A stretch of 64,000 nt of DNA from positions 435,430 to 499,429 of the forward strand of contig NW_003314322.1 of NCBI RefSeq assembly GCF_000143415.4, in the 5' to 3' direction. The notes beneath the pieces are model-generated. The model saw only the letters and a program-made list of their open reading frames with translations. It was not told the origin of the DNA and did not search any database. Position 1 is the first letter of the stretch. Every line of letters starts with the position of its first letter. Shown in pieces: positions 49,858 to 62,178 of this stretch. This DNA is from Selaginella moellendorffii. Taxonomy: Eukaryota > Plantae > Lycopodiophyta. The translations under genes were made by a program, and so were the position numbers.

Positions 49858-50390
49858 GCACTACAACCTAAATCTGTGGGTAATATTGGATCATACCTAC
49901 ATAGGAGTTTATATGGTGAAGCACCAACAGAACTCTGCACCCTTGTGCCTCAATCAAGTGGTGTTCCAGCATTCTTGTCTGGAGCTGATTCTTTCAGATA
50001 ATGGTCCCGGATTTATGGCTGAGGCATTTCATGTTTTGACATCTCGGTTGGGGATACGCCACACTTTCACGAGTGTTTATCATCCACAGTTAGATGGTTT
50101 GGTGGAACGGCTTGTTCGGACATTCAAAGGAATGATCGTGAAGTACGTAAACTTTCAGTATTCGAATTGGGATGGTTATTTGCCATCTCTTCGGTATACA
50201 TATGTCACAAGGGTGTAGAGTTCTGTTGGTGCTTCACCATATAAATTTCTATATAGTCATAATCCAATATTACCAACGGAGCTGGGTTTACCTTCCCAAT
50301 TGCCATGAGCTGTCGATGCTAGGTCGTGGGATTAATATTTGATGAGAATTCTTCCATTTATCCGAGTAGAGTCTGCAGAATGGTGTCAAG
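49858..50390 (+). mobile_element. Gypsy integrase core fragment
   Basis: ILSDNGPGF...TSVYHPQLDGLVERLVRTFK...WDGYLP. The 3' part (50285-50380) is the inverted homologue of ~49040-49132. Confidence 0.85.
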
Positions 50391-50396
50391 CATTTA

Positions 50397-52980
50397 TTGC
50401 TCACCATAGAGGATCCCACGGACCTATCGGACGCCATTAACAAAGTTGTTCAATGTGACAATTGTCTCTTTGAACGTCGTCAGGAAAGTCGCCGTGCCAC
50501 CGTTTTCCCGTCCCAAACTCAGGAATACCAGCTTGAGTCTTTGGGGTATACTTCTGAAACTACTGCTTCGGTCCCGATGGATATTTCTGGTACTACCCGA
50601 CTCATCAAAGGGAAGCTGAGTCCTGCTAAAAAGCAATGTCGAGTATCTCATAATTTTTGCCTCTATTGTGCTGATCCTAATCACAAAGCAGCTGTGTATC
50701 CCAAGAAGCCTCCTCGACTGCTCGAGTTCACTCTGCCTCAAGGTTCACCTCTGTTGCAATTGGGAAATGACCCTGTCCAAATAGAGTAGGAGCTATCTGT
50801 TTGGACTCCCCGAATAAAAATCACTTTTCTTCTTTATCAAGCTCCTCACCACCTTTCATATAAGCCACCACCAATTCCCGCAACTTCTGCATCCCATGTC
50901 TCCTTTCTTTCACCAGACAATCAGGACTCAAGGCTCTGGCGCTATTGGATTCGGGCACAACTTCCTGCTTCATGGACACAGACTTTGCTGCCCAACATCA
51001 CATTCCTCTTTCTCCTACCATACGGGATCTGGACTTAGGGAAATGTTGCCCATTTGAGTACACATCGGATTCACCGTCACCGATATCGCCTTCAACATCA
51101 TCAACAGCAAGTCCTCCTTTGTGGTGCTTGGCCTTCTTTGGTTCCAACTGCACCAGCCTCAGATCTGTTGGAAGGAATTACAGCTTGTCTCTCCCACGTC
51201 ACCATCTCCCATGTTTTCCCCTACTGTTCATTGAGTCTAAATCAGGAAAAATTCCCTAAACTCAAATTGGGGTTTTGTTCCTGACTATACGAAGTTTTCA
51301 CCCTCTTTGCTCCCTATCTATTAATCTTTTTTTCCCTTTCTTCCATCTTACACTGGACAATATCCTTGTCCCATCATTCCATTCAGTCGTACGCCTCCTC
51401 CTATCTCCACAATCACTATGAAAGAACGCCTTCATAGAAAACCTGTTTTCCTTTTTGCTTTGCATGTTTCTCCTGTCAGTCTTCCTGAGAAGTATCATGA
51501 TTTTAGGGATGTGTTTGACAAGAAAAAAGCTAGTGTACTACCTATTCATTGGCCTTACGATTGTCACATTGATTTATAGGAAGAAGCATCACCTCCATGG
51601 TGGCCTGTCTACGGGTTATCCCCGTCCGAGCTTAAGGCCCTCAAAGAGTACGTGGATGAGAACCTTGCATCGGAGTACATTCAGCATTTGCAGTCCCCGG
51701 CTGGAGCGCCTGTCTTCTTTGTTAAGAAGAAAGATGGGAGTTTGTGGCTAGTCATCGACTACCAAGGTTTGAACAAGGTGACTATTCGGAACCGTTATCC
51801 GGTGCCCCTGATATCAGACCTGTTGGAACACCTCGGCGGTGCCCACTTCTTCACCAAGATCGACCTCTGTGGAGCATACAACTTGATCTAGATCCGGTCT
51901 AGCGATGAATGGAAGACTGCGTTCCGAACCCGCTATGACCACTTCGAGAACACTGTCATGCTGTTTGGCTTGACAAATGTTCTAACAGTTTTCCAACACA
52001 TGGCAAACGACGTCTTTCAAGAGTTTCTTGATCAGATGGTAATCATCTACCTTGATGTCATCCTCATCTACTCAAAAACTTAGGAGGAGCACGATGAGCA
52101 TGTGCGCAAGATATTGGTAAAGTTGCAGGAACATGGCATATATGCAAAGCTTGAGAAATGTTCCTTTGATCATGAGTCTATGGAGTTCCTTGGGTACATT
52201 GTCACTTCTAAGGGTATCACGATGGATCCTGCCAAAGCCAAGACTATTCTCGAATGGGAGCCTCCACAATCAATGTCAGACATTTAGGTTTTCCTTGGCT
52301 TCACCAACTTCTACTGCAAATTCATTGATCTCTACTCTGATATTGTTCTTCCTCTCACGCATCTCCCTCGCAAGGATGTTCCCTTCTCTTAGTCTGCTGT
52401 TGCCTAGCAGACCTTTGACACAGTCAAGGCGGCTTTTAGTTCTACTCTGCTAATCCCTTACAACCTTTCTTCATCGAGGCGGACGCCTCCGACTTTGCCA
52501 TTAGTGTTGTGATGTCTCAACTCGGAGCGGATCAGGAATTTCATCCAGTCGCTTTCCATTCTCGGAAATTCTAGCTTGTGGAGATCAATTACGAAATCCA
52601 TGACAAGGAGCTCCTTGCCATCGTGGATTCCTTTGGAGAGTGGTGTCATTTTTTTGAGGGGGCGAGCCATCAAACAACGGTCTAGACAGATCACAAAAAT
52701 CTCAAGTACTTTGCCACTTTCTGAGTTTTGAGCCGTCATCAGGCAAGGTGGGCACAATTCCTAAGTCGGTTTGACTTTATTATCAAGTACAAACCTGGAA
52801 AGCTTCAGGGCCTTCCTAATGCTCTTTCAAAGCACTCCTATCTCAATCTCAGGCCTAGTAATCCTATCTTCGATCAACAGGATCAGGTTATCCTCGGTCT
52901 TGATCAACTTCAAGTTATGGCAATTTCCCTGGTCCCTTAGGACTCCTCTTTGATGGATGCGATTAGAAACGATCTTCAAG
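50397..52980 (+). mobile_element. Degenerate Tf1/sushi-type (chromovirus-like) Gypsy gag-PR-RT-RNase H
   Basis: Gag end PMDIS...CLYCADPNH; protease ALLDSG; [19 protein letters not shown]...NRYPVPLI...FTKIDL; RNase [35 protein letters not shown]. Many stops. Confidence 0.88.
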
Positions 52981-53150
52981 GTGAACTGACAACTTCACCC
53001 CAGACAATTCAAAAGATCAACAGTGTGAAGAAGAGGGTACACATCCAGGATCATCACTTCGTTTAACGGACGATAGTGGATGCAAAAACGAATACTGCCA
53101 TCAGGCTTTATCACAAGATAAGGTTCACATGCCCAAAGACTCTGCGACTT

Positions 53151-54615
53151 TCAAATAACACCCTTCTCTAACATCTCCTTGACGTTTGCACGTAAAATCT
53201 TGATCTCTTTAGGTGACCGACGATGAACAGTAACCTTGATTGGACAAGCATCCCTGGTTGGAATTGGATAATGTGTGGCAATCTTGGCTCCAGATGATAT
53301 GTCAAATTCAAAGAGATCGGCATACTCTTTCATGAGCCAGTCAACCGCTACAACACAAATATTGTAGGAGAGGTCAGAAAAGAGAAGAGTAGAATAAGAC
53401 GGAAACATAGGAGGAAATAATAGGGGGATAAAAGTAATGGATGTAGAGGTAGAAGCAGAGGGACGAAGAGGTACAGAAGTGAGAGAAATAGATGAAATAT
53501 AAAGAAGTATGAGACAAGGGGGAGAAACCTCAAAGTCACATTTAGCATGATTGCATTACAATCAATCTATACCAAGGATGAGGTCAAAAACTTGATTCAG
53601 CACCACCTGTAATAACTACAACCCAAGCTCGAGATCGCCCACATGCACAACTAAATCTGCCTCATCCCATGCACATGCATGTGTGCCATAAAGAATGAAA
53701 ACTTGCTCCGCCGCATGATGCAAGTGTAGACGGCAACATGTGGCAACAAGTCAAGCAAAAACCTGTATCAACCAACACAGAGAGAATAATAGGAGACCTC
53801 TTGTTATAAAAACGAGCTTGGAAAGTAAATACTGGATGAACTAATGCCAAGTGAACCCCTTGATGATACTCCCGAAAGAAATATGGAGGGGTCACTAACT
53901 TATTCGCGCAAGGTCCTTCCGTTACTTATGCGACTCTTCGTTTCTCAAATGCATCTCGGTGTCCAGACTTTCCACTGCAATAGCACCAACAGGACGTTAT
54001 TGACGCTAAGGTGTCCACCCAGGAAATGGTGGCTGCCAATCTGGAAAACGCTGACAATATTAATAAGTGCGACTAACTTCATCACACGCTCAGCAACGAA
54101 CATCACAGCCATGACCACGGCCTTGCCCTTGTCATTGGACTCGAGCAGCAGCAACATCAACCTCCATTGGAACAAGACTATCACCCATAAGAAGTGGAGT
54201 TGAAGGACGTGCTATAAGAAGTGGAAAAGGCGATGTCTTATAACGTTGTGCCAAATGAAGAGCATCATCAAGAGTGGCAAGAGCAAATGCATGCATGACA
54301 AAATCTTGACGAAGTGCTGGCCATAACATTCCTAGCTTGAACCGCTCCGACATATTTGGCTCCGCTCGAAGCAAGAGGCTTCAGAAGCAAACTCCATATT
54401 GCATCATTGACTCAAATGGCCCTTGACAAAGATGATGCAATTGTTGGAAGGCATCATCACAATCGTCAGCATGTCCGAATGCACATTTGAAAATGTCTAG
54501 GAGAACACTCCAATCCCCATGAGTGGCTGTGCTCAAACCATTGTACCACTGCAATGGCATCCCTTAGAGACACGTGGCAAACTCATGCACATGAGGGAAA
54601 CTCATGTCGAGCATC
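53151..54615 (-). mobile_element. Gypsy gag/protease/RT-start remnant; 53743-54615 is repeated at 56856-56980 + 58064-58810
   Basis: TLDDALHLAQ, PMEVDVA, VLVDTG, EMLEKGVI; direct repeat seen by eye. Confidence 0.75.
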
Positions 54616-55176
54616 ATCCCAAGCATTGCCCCTTAGGATTACTTGTCCATGTGATGAGAATACCAACTGATCTCTAAGTACACCCCCAACTCCTTGGGTT
54701 GTTCCAACATTTATTAAAGGTAGCCCCGGCTACCATTTCAAGGACTTGAGTCCTCTTCCATACTTGACCTTCCACGGTCATTAATTATGATCTCAACTTC
54801 ATGAGCACCAACCTCAACTATATAAAGGTAATCTTGTGACTCCTTTATTGTTTTGGAGTCTCTATCTTCCTCGTGATCCCAACTATAGTTGTTTACCACA
54901 ACTATATGAGCCAGTTTGCAAAGTCAAACGCTCATCTGGATCACATCCTCAACTCTACGAGGAAACCCTTAAACTGTTCCCAAGATCCCAAAGTCGTTCC
55001 CTTACTGGCCCTTTTTCCATCCACCACATTGTGCACAAGTTCACTCATGAACTTGAGTGGAGAGCCATGTCCTCTCGACATGCTACTTCTCGAGGATAGG
55101 TCCATATCTAGGACCTTCCAATTCCAATACAAGTGGTGATATACTTAGCCACCAATAAGAGTCGGACTAAGGAACA

Positions 55177-55188
55177 GCTCTGATACCA
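55177..55188 (-). mobile_element. Primer-binding site for tRNA-iMet (TGGTATCAGAGC)
   Basis: GCTCTGATACCA on + strand, 3 nt from the LTR boundary at 55192. Confidence 0.85.
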
Positions 55189-55191
55189 AGT

Positions 55192-56855
55192 TGTAAGCGA
55201 CTAAATTTTCCATTCTATTTTAGTCATTTAACCACACCTCCGACCACTTGGAGGAGTCTCACTCACAACCTCCATAAGTTCCATTTCGGACTTGGGCTTG
55301 CTAGCCCCGAGAATGGCATCCCCGCCACTCAACCTTTGCACTCGGCCCAAGTGCACTATGTTTCCGATCCCGTGATCGACACCCCAAGGTACCATCGACA
55401 TATCAGCCTGTTACACTAAGGCCATGCCCCTTCATCTTGGTCACACCGGTGGTCTAACACCACCTGGATCACAGTCCCGTTTCTCAAGGACAGGGCCATC
55501 TGTCCATGAGTGATCATTCCAAATTCACTCCTTAGCATCCTCAGGATGCCCACAGACATGGGGATTAGCCTTCCCCAATACCCCTTTTCCGGTCCCCACC
55601 AAGTCCCTTTCTGCCCATGGCCGTGTTTGCCAACACTGTCACTGGATCGAGGCCCACAGGTCCGACCGCTAAGTCCCATGGTCCTCGGAGACTACCTCAC
55701 CACCCGACTATATCTTTGGTCACTACACCAGAGGACTACTCCTCCTCCTTTCCACAGTCTGGGCCTTTGGGACAACAGTTTGGAACACCGTGGCTCTACG
55801 CGGGCCTCATGGGTACTCTCCTCGCCTTCCGCCTTTGGGTGCTCTAGCCATGGGCTTAGAGCGAGGTTCCATTGAGCCACGTCAGGTATCCAAGTAGGTA
55901 GTGCCACCCACGCTTGGACTGGGAGCATCGACTAGTCGATCTCCCAGGGGAACTAAAGCCAGCTCTTAAACACTTCACCAAGCTACCCCACTTGTTGGTC
56001 CGTATTCACTCTAGTCTTGGACTTCCCAGTGGTCAGTTCATCACCCAACATTGGGTATGGCCTTCCTAGGCCAAACTAGCCTTTCCTGGGCCAAACTGGC
56101 CTTTCTTGGCCAAATTGGCTCCACTAGGCTCCAACCCCCACACTCTCCCTACTATACTTTTGGAACCCCTTGCAGCCCCCCCCCCCCCCCCTAGGGGACG
56201 ATTGCTTTGGGAGCTTGTAGTAGTATTCGAACTCGGACTCGGGCTCAAACTCGGACTCGGACTCGGTCTCGGTCCTGGTTTTGAACTCGGACTTAGTCTC
56301 GGTCTCGGTTCCATCTCGGACTCCATCTCGGGTCTATCTCAGACTCCATCTCAAGGTCCATTTTGGACTCCATCTCGGACTCCATCTCGGGGTCCATCTC
56401 GGACTCCATCTCGAGTCCATCTCAGACTCCATCTCGGACTCTATCTCGGACTCCATCTCAGGTCCATCTCGGACTCCAACTCAGGTCCATCTCGGACTCC
56501 ATCTCGGGTCCATCTTGGACTCCATCTCGGGTCCACCTCGGACTCCAACTCGGGTCCATCTCAGACTTCATCTCAGACTCCATTTTGGGTCCACCTCAGA
56601 TTCCAACTCGGGTCCATCTCAAACTCCTCCACGTGTCATTTGTTGGTCCTTTTGGGTATCTTTTTGGAGCTTCACTTATTGCTCACTTCATGCTTGTTCT
56701 TTGAGCCCTTCGTTGGGAGTTCCACTCCCGCTCTCGACCTTTGAAGTCGGAGCTTTTAGTCCAAACATGTTACACTCGTTTGGCTTTCGCTTCGGCCACT
56801 ACCACGTGGCACCCTTCTGGCTCCACTTTTGGGCCTAGGGATTTTGTGTCTCACA
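55192..56855 (-). mobile_element. Long (~1.66 kb) 5' LTR of a nested retrotransposon; gag-like remnant at ~54650-55170
   Basis: TGTAAG...CTCACA termini; adjacent iMet PBS; host gag sequence resumes exactly at 56856. Confidence 0.75.
56225..56625 (+). repeat. Minisatellite of GGACTC / CCATCTCGGACT / CCATCTCGGGT units inside the LTR
   Basis: Direct inspection; yields spurious low-complexity ORFs in three frames. Confidence 0.9.
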
Positions 56856-56980
56856 GCAACAAGTCAAGCAAAAACCTGTATCAACCAACACAGAGAGAAT
56901 AATAGGAGACCTCTTGTTATAAAAACGAGCTTAGAAAGTAAATACTGGATGAACTGGTGCCGAGTGAACCCCTTGATAAT

Positions 56981-58058
56981 TGTAGCGCACGTGGTTTTGA
57001 CCCTTTATCCTATGGTGATTTACCATAGGATAACACCACAAAGTGGAACCTAACCCTCTTTGTGCCACGTGACAGATGCCATGTGTCCATGCCACGTGTC
57101 AGTAGGAACTTGAGGTTCAAGGCCTTGGGCCACTGAACAAAGGAACGGTGCCAAACTCCCAAGCACGAAGCCAAGGAGTGACGGAACCGAACTATGGAGC
57201 AACTCCCGAGCATAAAGCCCAAGGAGCAAAGGGACAGGAGCCCGGAGCGACTTGGAATAGTCCTAGAATAATCAGCATCCCAATGCTAGGACCAACAAGC
57301 AAAACGGAGCCAAACAAAGTCTGGCACTATTTCGGCATACCGGTGGCCTAACGCGAGGACATGGGTACTCCACCAGCTAGCATGGTGTGGAACTTGGGCT
57401 TAGACCCAAGCCGGACGCAGAACAAGGACAGGCATGCAAGCGGAAGCTAAACTATGCCTTAGGTTGGTCGGCCATGCCCGACCTACCCCCCCCCCCCCCC
57501 TTGAGGAACACGCCCAAGCCTCCCTTAGTATCAAGAGTTAGTCTCTGGGACAAGCTCGAAACTTACTAAATATGGAATGGCGCTAGATTGCGAATTTAGA
57601 CACGGACGAACACCATTGTGTTCAGGCCGATCTCTACATTCCGTAGATATGCCAAATGAGCAAATCTGGGCACTTTCCATAAATAGCATTTGGGACCGAA
57701 ATGAGACCAACGCTAAGGGCATGATAGCGAGCATGTTTAGCAAACACGGTAAGCTATCATGTAGCGATATTGAGGGACCAATCAATACGTGAGGGTTCTT
57801 GTCAAGCTAGTGCAAGACAGAGCAAAAGAGAACTAAGAGCCAGGCCGAGTATGCTCAGCTAGAAACACATAGGAGTTCCTACCTTATGTCCATCTGGCTA
57901 AGTACAGATGCTAAGCCCAGTAAACTAACACTTGAACAAGAAGGGTTGATAAAGGGAACCAGTAATACCGACCTCCTGCCATCGTGGCAGTAAGGTAAGA
58001 GTGTCCGTAAGGACTAGTCGACAGGTAACTTTCAATACCCAAAGTCACATTCGCGACA
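56981..58058 (+). mobile_element. Solo LTR (1078 bp) with 5-bp target-site duplication ATAAT
   Basis: TGT...ACA termini; ATAAT at 56976-56980 and 58059-58063; empty site visible in the paralogous gag copy at ~53851-53880. Confidence 0.9.
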
Positions 58059-59520
58059 ATAATACTCCCAAAAGAAATATGGAGGGGTCACTAACTTATT
58101 CGCACAAGATCCCTCCGTTACTCATGTGACTCCTCGTTTCTCAAATGCATCTCAGTGTCCAAACCTTCCACTGCAGTAGCACCAACAGGACATTGTTGAC
58201 GCTAAGGTGTCCACCTAGGAAATGGTGGCTGCCAATCTGGAAAACATCGACAATGTTAATAAGTGTGACTAACTTTATCACACGCCCAGCAATGAACATC
58301 ACAGCCATGACCACGGCCTCGCCCTTGTCATTAGACTTGAGCAGCAGCAGCATCAACCTCCATTGGAACAAGACCATCACCCATAAGAAGTGGAGTTGAA
58401 GGATGTGCTATAAGAAGTGGAAGAGGCGATGTCTCATAATGTTGTGCTAAATGAAGAGCATCGTCAAGAGTGGCAAGAGCAAATGCATGTATGACAAAAT
58501 CTTGACGAAGTGCTGGCCATAACATTCCTAGCTTGATCCACTCCGACATATTTGGCTCTGCCCAAAGCAAGAGGCTTCAGAAGCAAATGCCAAATTGCAT
58601 CATCGACTCAAATGGCCCTTGACAAAGATGATGCAATTGTTGGAAGGCATCATCACAATCGTCAGCATGTCCAAATGCACGTTTGAAAATGTCCAGGAGA
58701 ACACTCCAATCCCCATGAGTGGCTGCACTCAAACCATTGTACCACTGCAATGCCATCCCTTAAAGACATGTGGCAAACTCACGCACATGAGGGAAACTCA
58801 CATCAAGCATGATATGTGGCAATCACCGTGAAGTGATTGAACCAATGATACACATCATCCTCGGGATTCCCGCGAAAGAATTCTGGTGAAACGCAAAGAT
58901 TGGCACCAACAGCAAAAGAAGTTGTACCACGTGCCATGAATGCCACCATCAACTGAGTTTAGTTGTTCAATTGCAATCACATAGCATCAAACAATTGTAT
59001 CAACTGCTGCTCCAGAGTCAAAGGAGGAAATTGCTAATCTACCAATGAAAAAGAGGAAAAATGAAAAAAAGCTAGAAGGAAAGGGAAATTTAAACAATGC
59101 AAAAAGTTAGATGTAAACCAAAATCTTAAAAGAAAAGAACAAAAGAAAGGAAATGGAAAAAGTTAAATTTAGACGATGCAAAAAGCAAAATTTAAATCAA
59201 AATCCCAAATCCAAACACTTCTTAAGGACAATCAAAGTTACCCCTTATTTCCACCAATGTGAGTGCATGGAATATGAAAAGGGAATATAGAAAATATACA
59301 TCTAAATTAACCCAAAAATCTTACCTTATATATAAAAGTGAGTGGTTCAGATTGCTAACAGTTACCAAAATCCCATTACGCTAATATTAGTATATGGCAT
59401 TGTAATTATACACTTAAACTTCACAATGCATTTTAAAATTTTCTTTTTATGGATTTTCTATTTGTACTGTATTTAAGAGATCCAAATTATCCAATTAGTT
59501 ATGAGAAAATACTCCAAAAT

Positions 59521-61668
59521 CAGTTTTATAAAATGTCTTAAATGTATTATATTTTGTAATCTAACCGGCATGCTGCTACAAAAACACAAGGGGCCCTCAA
59601 AGCTAGTTTCCAACGCCTCAGTTCTTAAAAAAGCAGAAAGACTCAGGGTTCTTGGTTTTCGACAATGGTGGAGGAAAAGGAGCATCCACTGCTTACCTTC
59701 CATGCGCGGCTTCCCCTGGTACCTCTCAAGCACGCCATGACGATGCCGTATCCCAAGGTTCCCGACCCTGTCAAGAAGTTGTTGATTATGGGGCCACTAG
59801 CACCGCTTGGCGACTTGATGCATCGTGGCGGCTATAGTGTAGGGAGGTGGGATATCGAAGCGGACATCCAGTCTTGGTATGGTCAGCTGCCCGATCGACC
59901 CCCTCTCTACTCCTTCTTCACGATCTATTACTGGAACTACCTCTCGCAAATGGTAGGTCTTTTCCGCGACAACCACGAGGAAATCTTTGGATCTTTCGAG
60001 TCAGGCACCATTGCGAGGCCGGAAGGATGCTTGTTCCGCCGGGGCGTCGCCACTCCAGTCCTACTCTTCTTGCTCGACTTCTTCAACTTGCCCGACAAGC
60101 TGGACCTGGTGCAAGACAGGCTCGTGAATTACATGGAGATCACGGGAGCTCGCTTTGGGGTGCTCACGAATCTCAACTCGTCGTGGCTGTGCAAGAGGGC
60201 TACGGCGAATGAGCTCCTGGTCTCGTCGCCCGCCATGAACAATCCGCTCATGGCGCTCGGCTTCGCAGTGGAGGTGGCGAGGAAGGAAGGACTGCCACCG
60301 CTGACGGGCGTGAGGAGCGTGCTGCCCAAGTTCGACTTCTCTCCCGTCCTTGAGATCTTGGAGCTCGTGTGCAAGCTGAGCAACATCGATCCACGCAAGA
60401 TCGTCGACAAGGCAGTCACGGACGATGGATTCAAGTTCGAAGATCTGAGGCAAGTGGATACGCTACCGCTGCATCGCGATGGCAACGCTAACCAGACGGT
60501 GTTTGCTGTTCGAGCGAAGTATGCTGGACAAGACGTGGTGGTGAAGATCAGGGACTTGACAAGCCAGTTCAAGGCTGGTATCAATCTCGGTCTCGCCAAG
60601 CTTGCTAAGGAGGTGGACTGCTACACGAGGCTCAAGAACGTACAGGGCTCTGCGGTTCCCAAGCTTCTGTCGTGGGGGTTCCTCAAGGGGGCGATGTTCG
60701 TCTTCGTTATGATGACCGACGGTGGTTTCAGCGAGCTCGAGCAGTGCTCCAATCCTTCGAAGTTCATCTTAAGTGACGAGGGGGAGACTCTGAAGCAGGC
60801 GATGGAGTGCTTGCGCGCGATCCACAAGCGTGGGATTGCCATCCGCGACATCAACACGTCCAAGGTTGTGAGCAAAGTCGACGAGGCTGGGAAGCTGCAT
60901 GTTAAGCTGGTTGGCTTTGGCGGTGCCCTGATTACGGAGGTTTTGTCCCAAGAGTGGTATGAAGCTACTGCCAGAGACGTTGCCCTGCTCGAGAAGGCAT
61001 GTGATCCACTTAGTCCTGAGAAGTTGATAGCGGAAGTTGATAGGAAGCGATTGCTGGGGAAAGCAAGACGTGATGAAGAACTGCAGGCGAACAGGCAGGC
61101 GAACGGACATCTAGGTAAGGTATGATATCTGGTACGTAGGGGCAACTTGGTCTGTATCCTTTTCAGCTCTGCTTTATGTTTTAGTGTCATGTTTGTATTT
61201 TTCTTCCTTTTTGTTCTTGCAACTTCTAGCAAGAACCTTGGAGATATTTAAAATCGATTGGAAAGGCGATCCTCCACTCTTTCTCTCGAGCAATGCGGCT
61301 GCCCTTCGATGCAGACACAAGCTGACCTCTCGTAGCCCTCTCTACAGTGTTGCAGTGGACGAAGCAGAGTGACAGGAATTAGTGAAAAGCTCATCGTGCG
61401 ACGGGCATGATGTTGACTGACATCTTCGAAGAAGAGCTCAGGATCAAAGTTTATCACGCCAGAAATAAATATATCGACATCGTCTTCTTAGTTTTAGATG
61501 GACAAGTCATTCTTCTCTTGGACATTTACAATTGAGGACCATCCACACATGGCTGGGAAGCTTCATCCCATCGCGATTTTGTTGTCACAGAACCCCCTTT
61601 TATGTTTTCCCTGCTTGGTCTGTTCGTGGCGTCGGTCATTCCAACAATTGAGGACGATTACACAATGG
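59521..61668 (+). repeat. Right arm of ~2.2-kb inverted duplication (partner 46193-48488)
   Basis: Reverse-complement similarity. Confidence 0.92.
59665..61125 (+). CDS. Intronless 486-aa protein: putative restriction-endonuclease-fold domain + degenerate protein-kinase-like domain
   Basis: Kinase-like: VVVKI, AKEVDCYTRLKNVQGSAVPKLL, LRAIHKRGIAIRDI, VKLVGFGGA. N-half: RPEGCLF...LVNYMEITGARFGVLTNLNSSW, resembling the YxxxxxxxFGVLTN motif of HsdR-N/CR-type REase folds. Confidence 0.75.
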   Translation: MVEEKEHPLLTFHARLPLVPLKHAMTMPYPKVPDPVKKLLIMGPLAPLGDLMHRGGYSVGRWDIEADIQSWYGQLPDRPPLYSFFTIYYWNYLSQMVGLFRDNHEEIFGSFESGTIARPEGCLFRRGVATPVLLFLLDFFNLPDKLDLVQDRLVNYMEITGARFGVLTNLNSSWLCKRATANELLVSSPAMNNPLMALGFAVEVARKEGLPPLTGVRSVLPKFDFSPVLEILELVCKLSNIDPRKIVDKAVTDDGFKFEDLRQVDTLPLHRDGNANQTVFAVRAKYAGQDVVVKIRDLTSQFKAGINLGLAKLAKEVDCYTRLKNVQGSAVPKLLSWGFLKGAMFVFVMMTDGGFSELEQCSNPSKFILSDEGETLKQAMECLRAIHKRGIAIRDINTSKVVSKVDEAGKLHVKLVGFGGALITEVLSQEWYEATARDVALLEKACDPLSPEKLIAEVDRKRLLGKARRDEELQANRQANGHLGKV

Positions 61669-61698
61669 AGTTCCCAGTAGGAGCGTCATGAGGTACAT
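61400..61698 (+). pseudogene. Second ATG3 3'-end remnant, inverted relative to the intact gene
   Basis: 61525-61698 encodes TIEDHPHMAGK... and retains the ATG3 stop context gagcgtcatgaggtacata; 61400-61450 matches ATG3 63127-63173 in the other orientation. Confidence 0.8.
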
Positions 61699-62178
61699 AT
61701 AGCGTGGCCCTTCTTTTGCGGCGCCCTCCAGCCTCGTCACCACATCTGTCCAGGTTTTGTTTGCAGGGCGTGCAGGAGTGCCATGGCGAGCACAGCCACG
61801 GCCACTGGCCAGCCATCCGAGACAGTCATGGGCGCCTTGCAAGCCACTTGCCACGCCGTGGGTAACCACCTTGGCCAGAGATGAGAAAGTTGGAAATTGA
61901 GAGATTTCAACACAACCCAGATGAAGACATTACATAGCAAACTCTCTCAGTAAGAATTTAGGAAGAAAGCAGCTTGTGGCTGAAGAGTTTGGGAGGCCAA
62001 GACCACATGCTAGGGGCAGGATTCAGGTGAGCAATCAAGGAGATGTAGCAAGGCCAAGACCAAGATGAAGCTTATTTGATTGATGAGTTTTTTGTATGCT
62101 GTGCAAGATTCAGGCTGGCATGTAGTTATGCCCAGTAATGATTCATGTGACTACCAGGTTGCAGACAAAGCCATCATT

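Larger units (their letters stand above)
48487..59425 (-). mobile_element. Outer Gypsy LTR retrotransposon with 168-bp LTRs (48487-48654, 59258-59425), disrupted by nested insertions
   Basis: Both LTRs begin TGTGAGTG and end ACA and align. PBS-like TGGTGGAAAT (- strand, 59247-59256). Gag-like on - at 58141-58570, integrase tail on - at 48864-49130. No TSD seen. Confidence 0.72.

Noticed and set aside
56106-56838. ORFs of 113-212 aa and CRISPR-like periodicity
   Set aside because: Translations of a minisatellite; no unique spacers and no cas genes.
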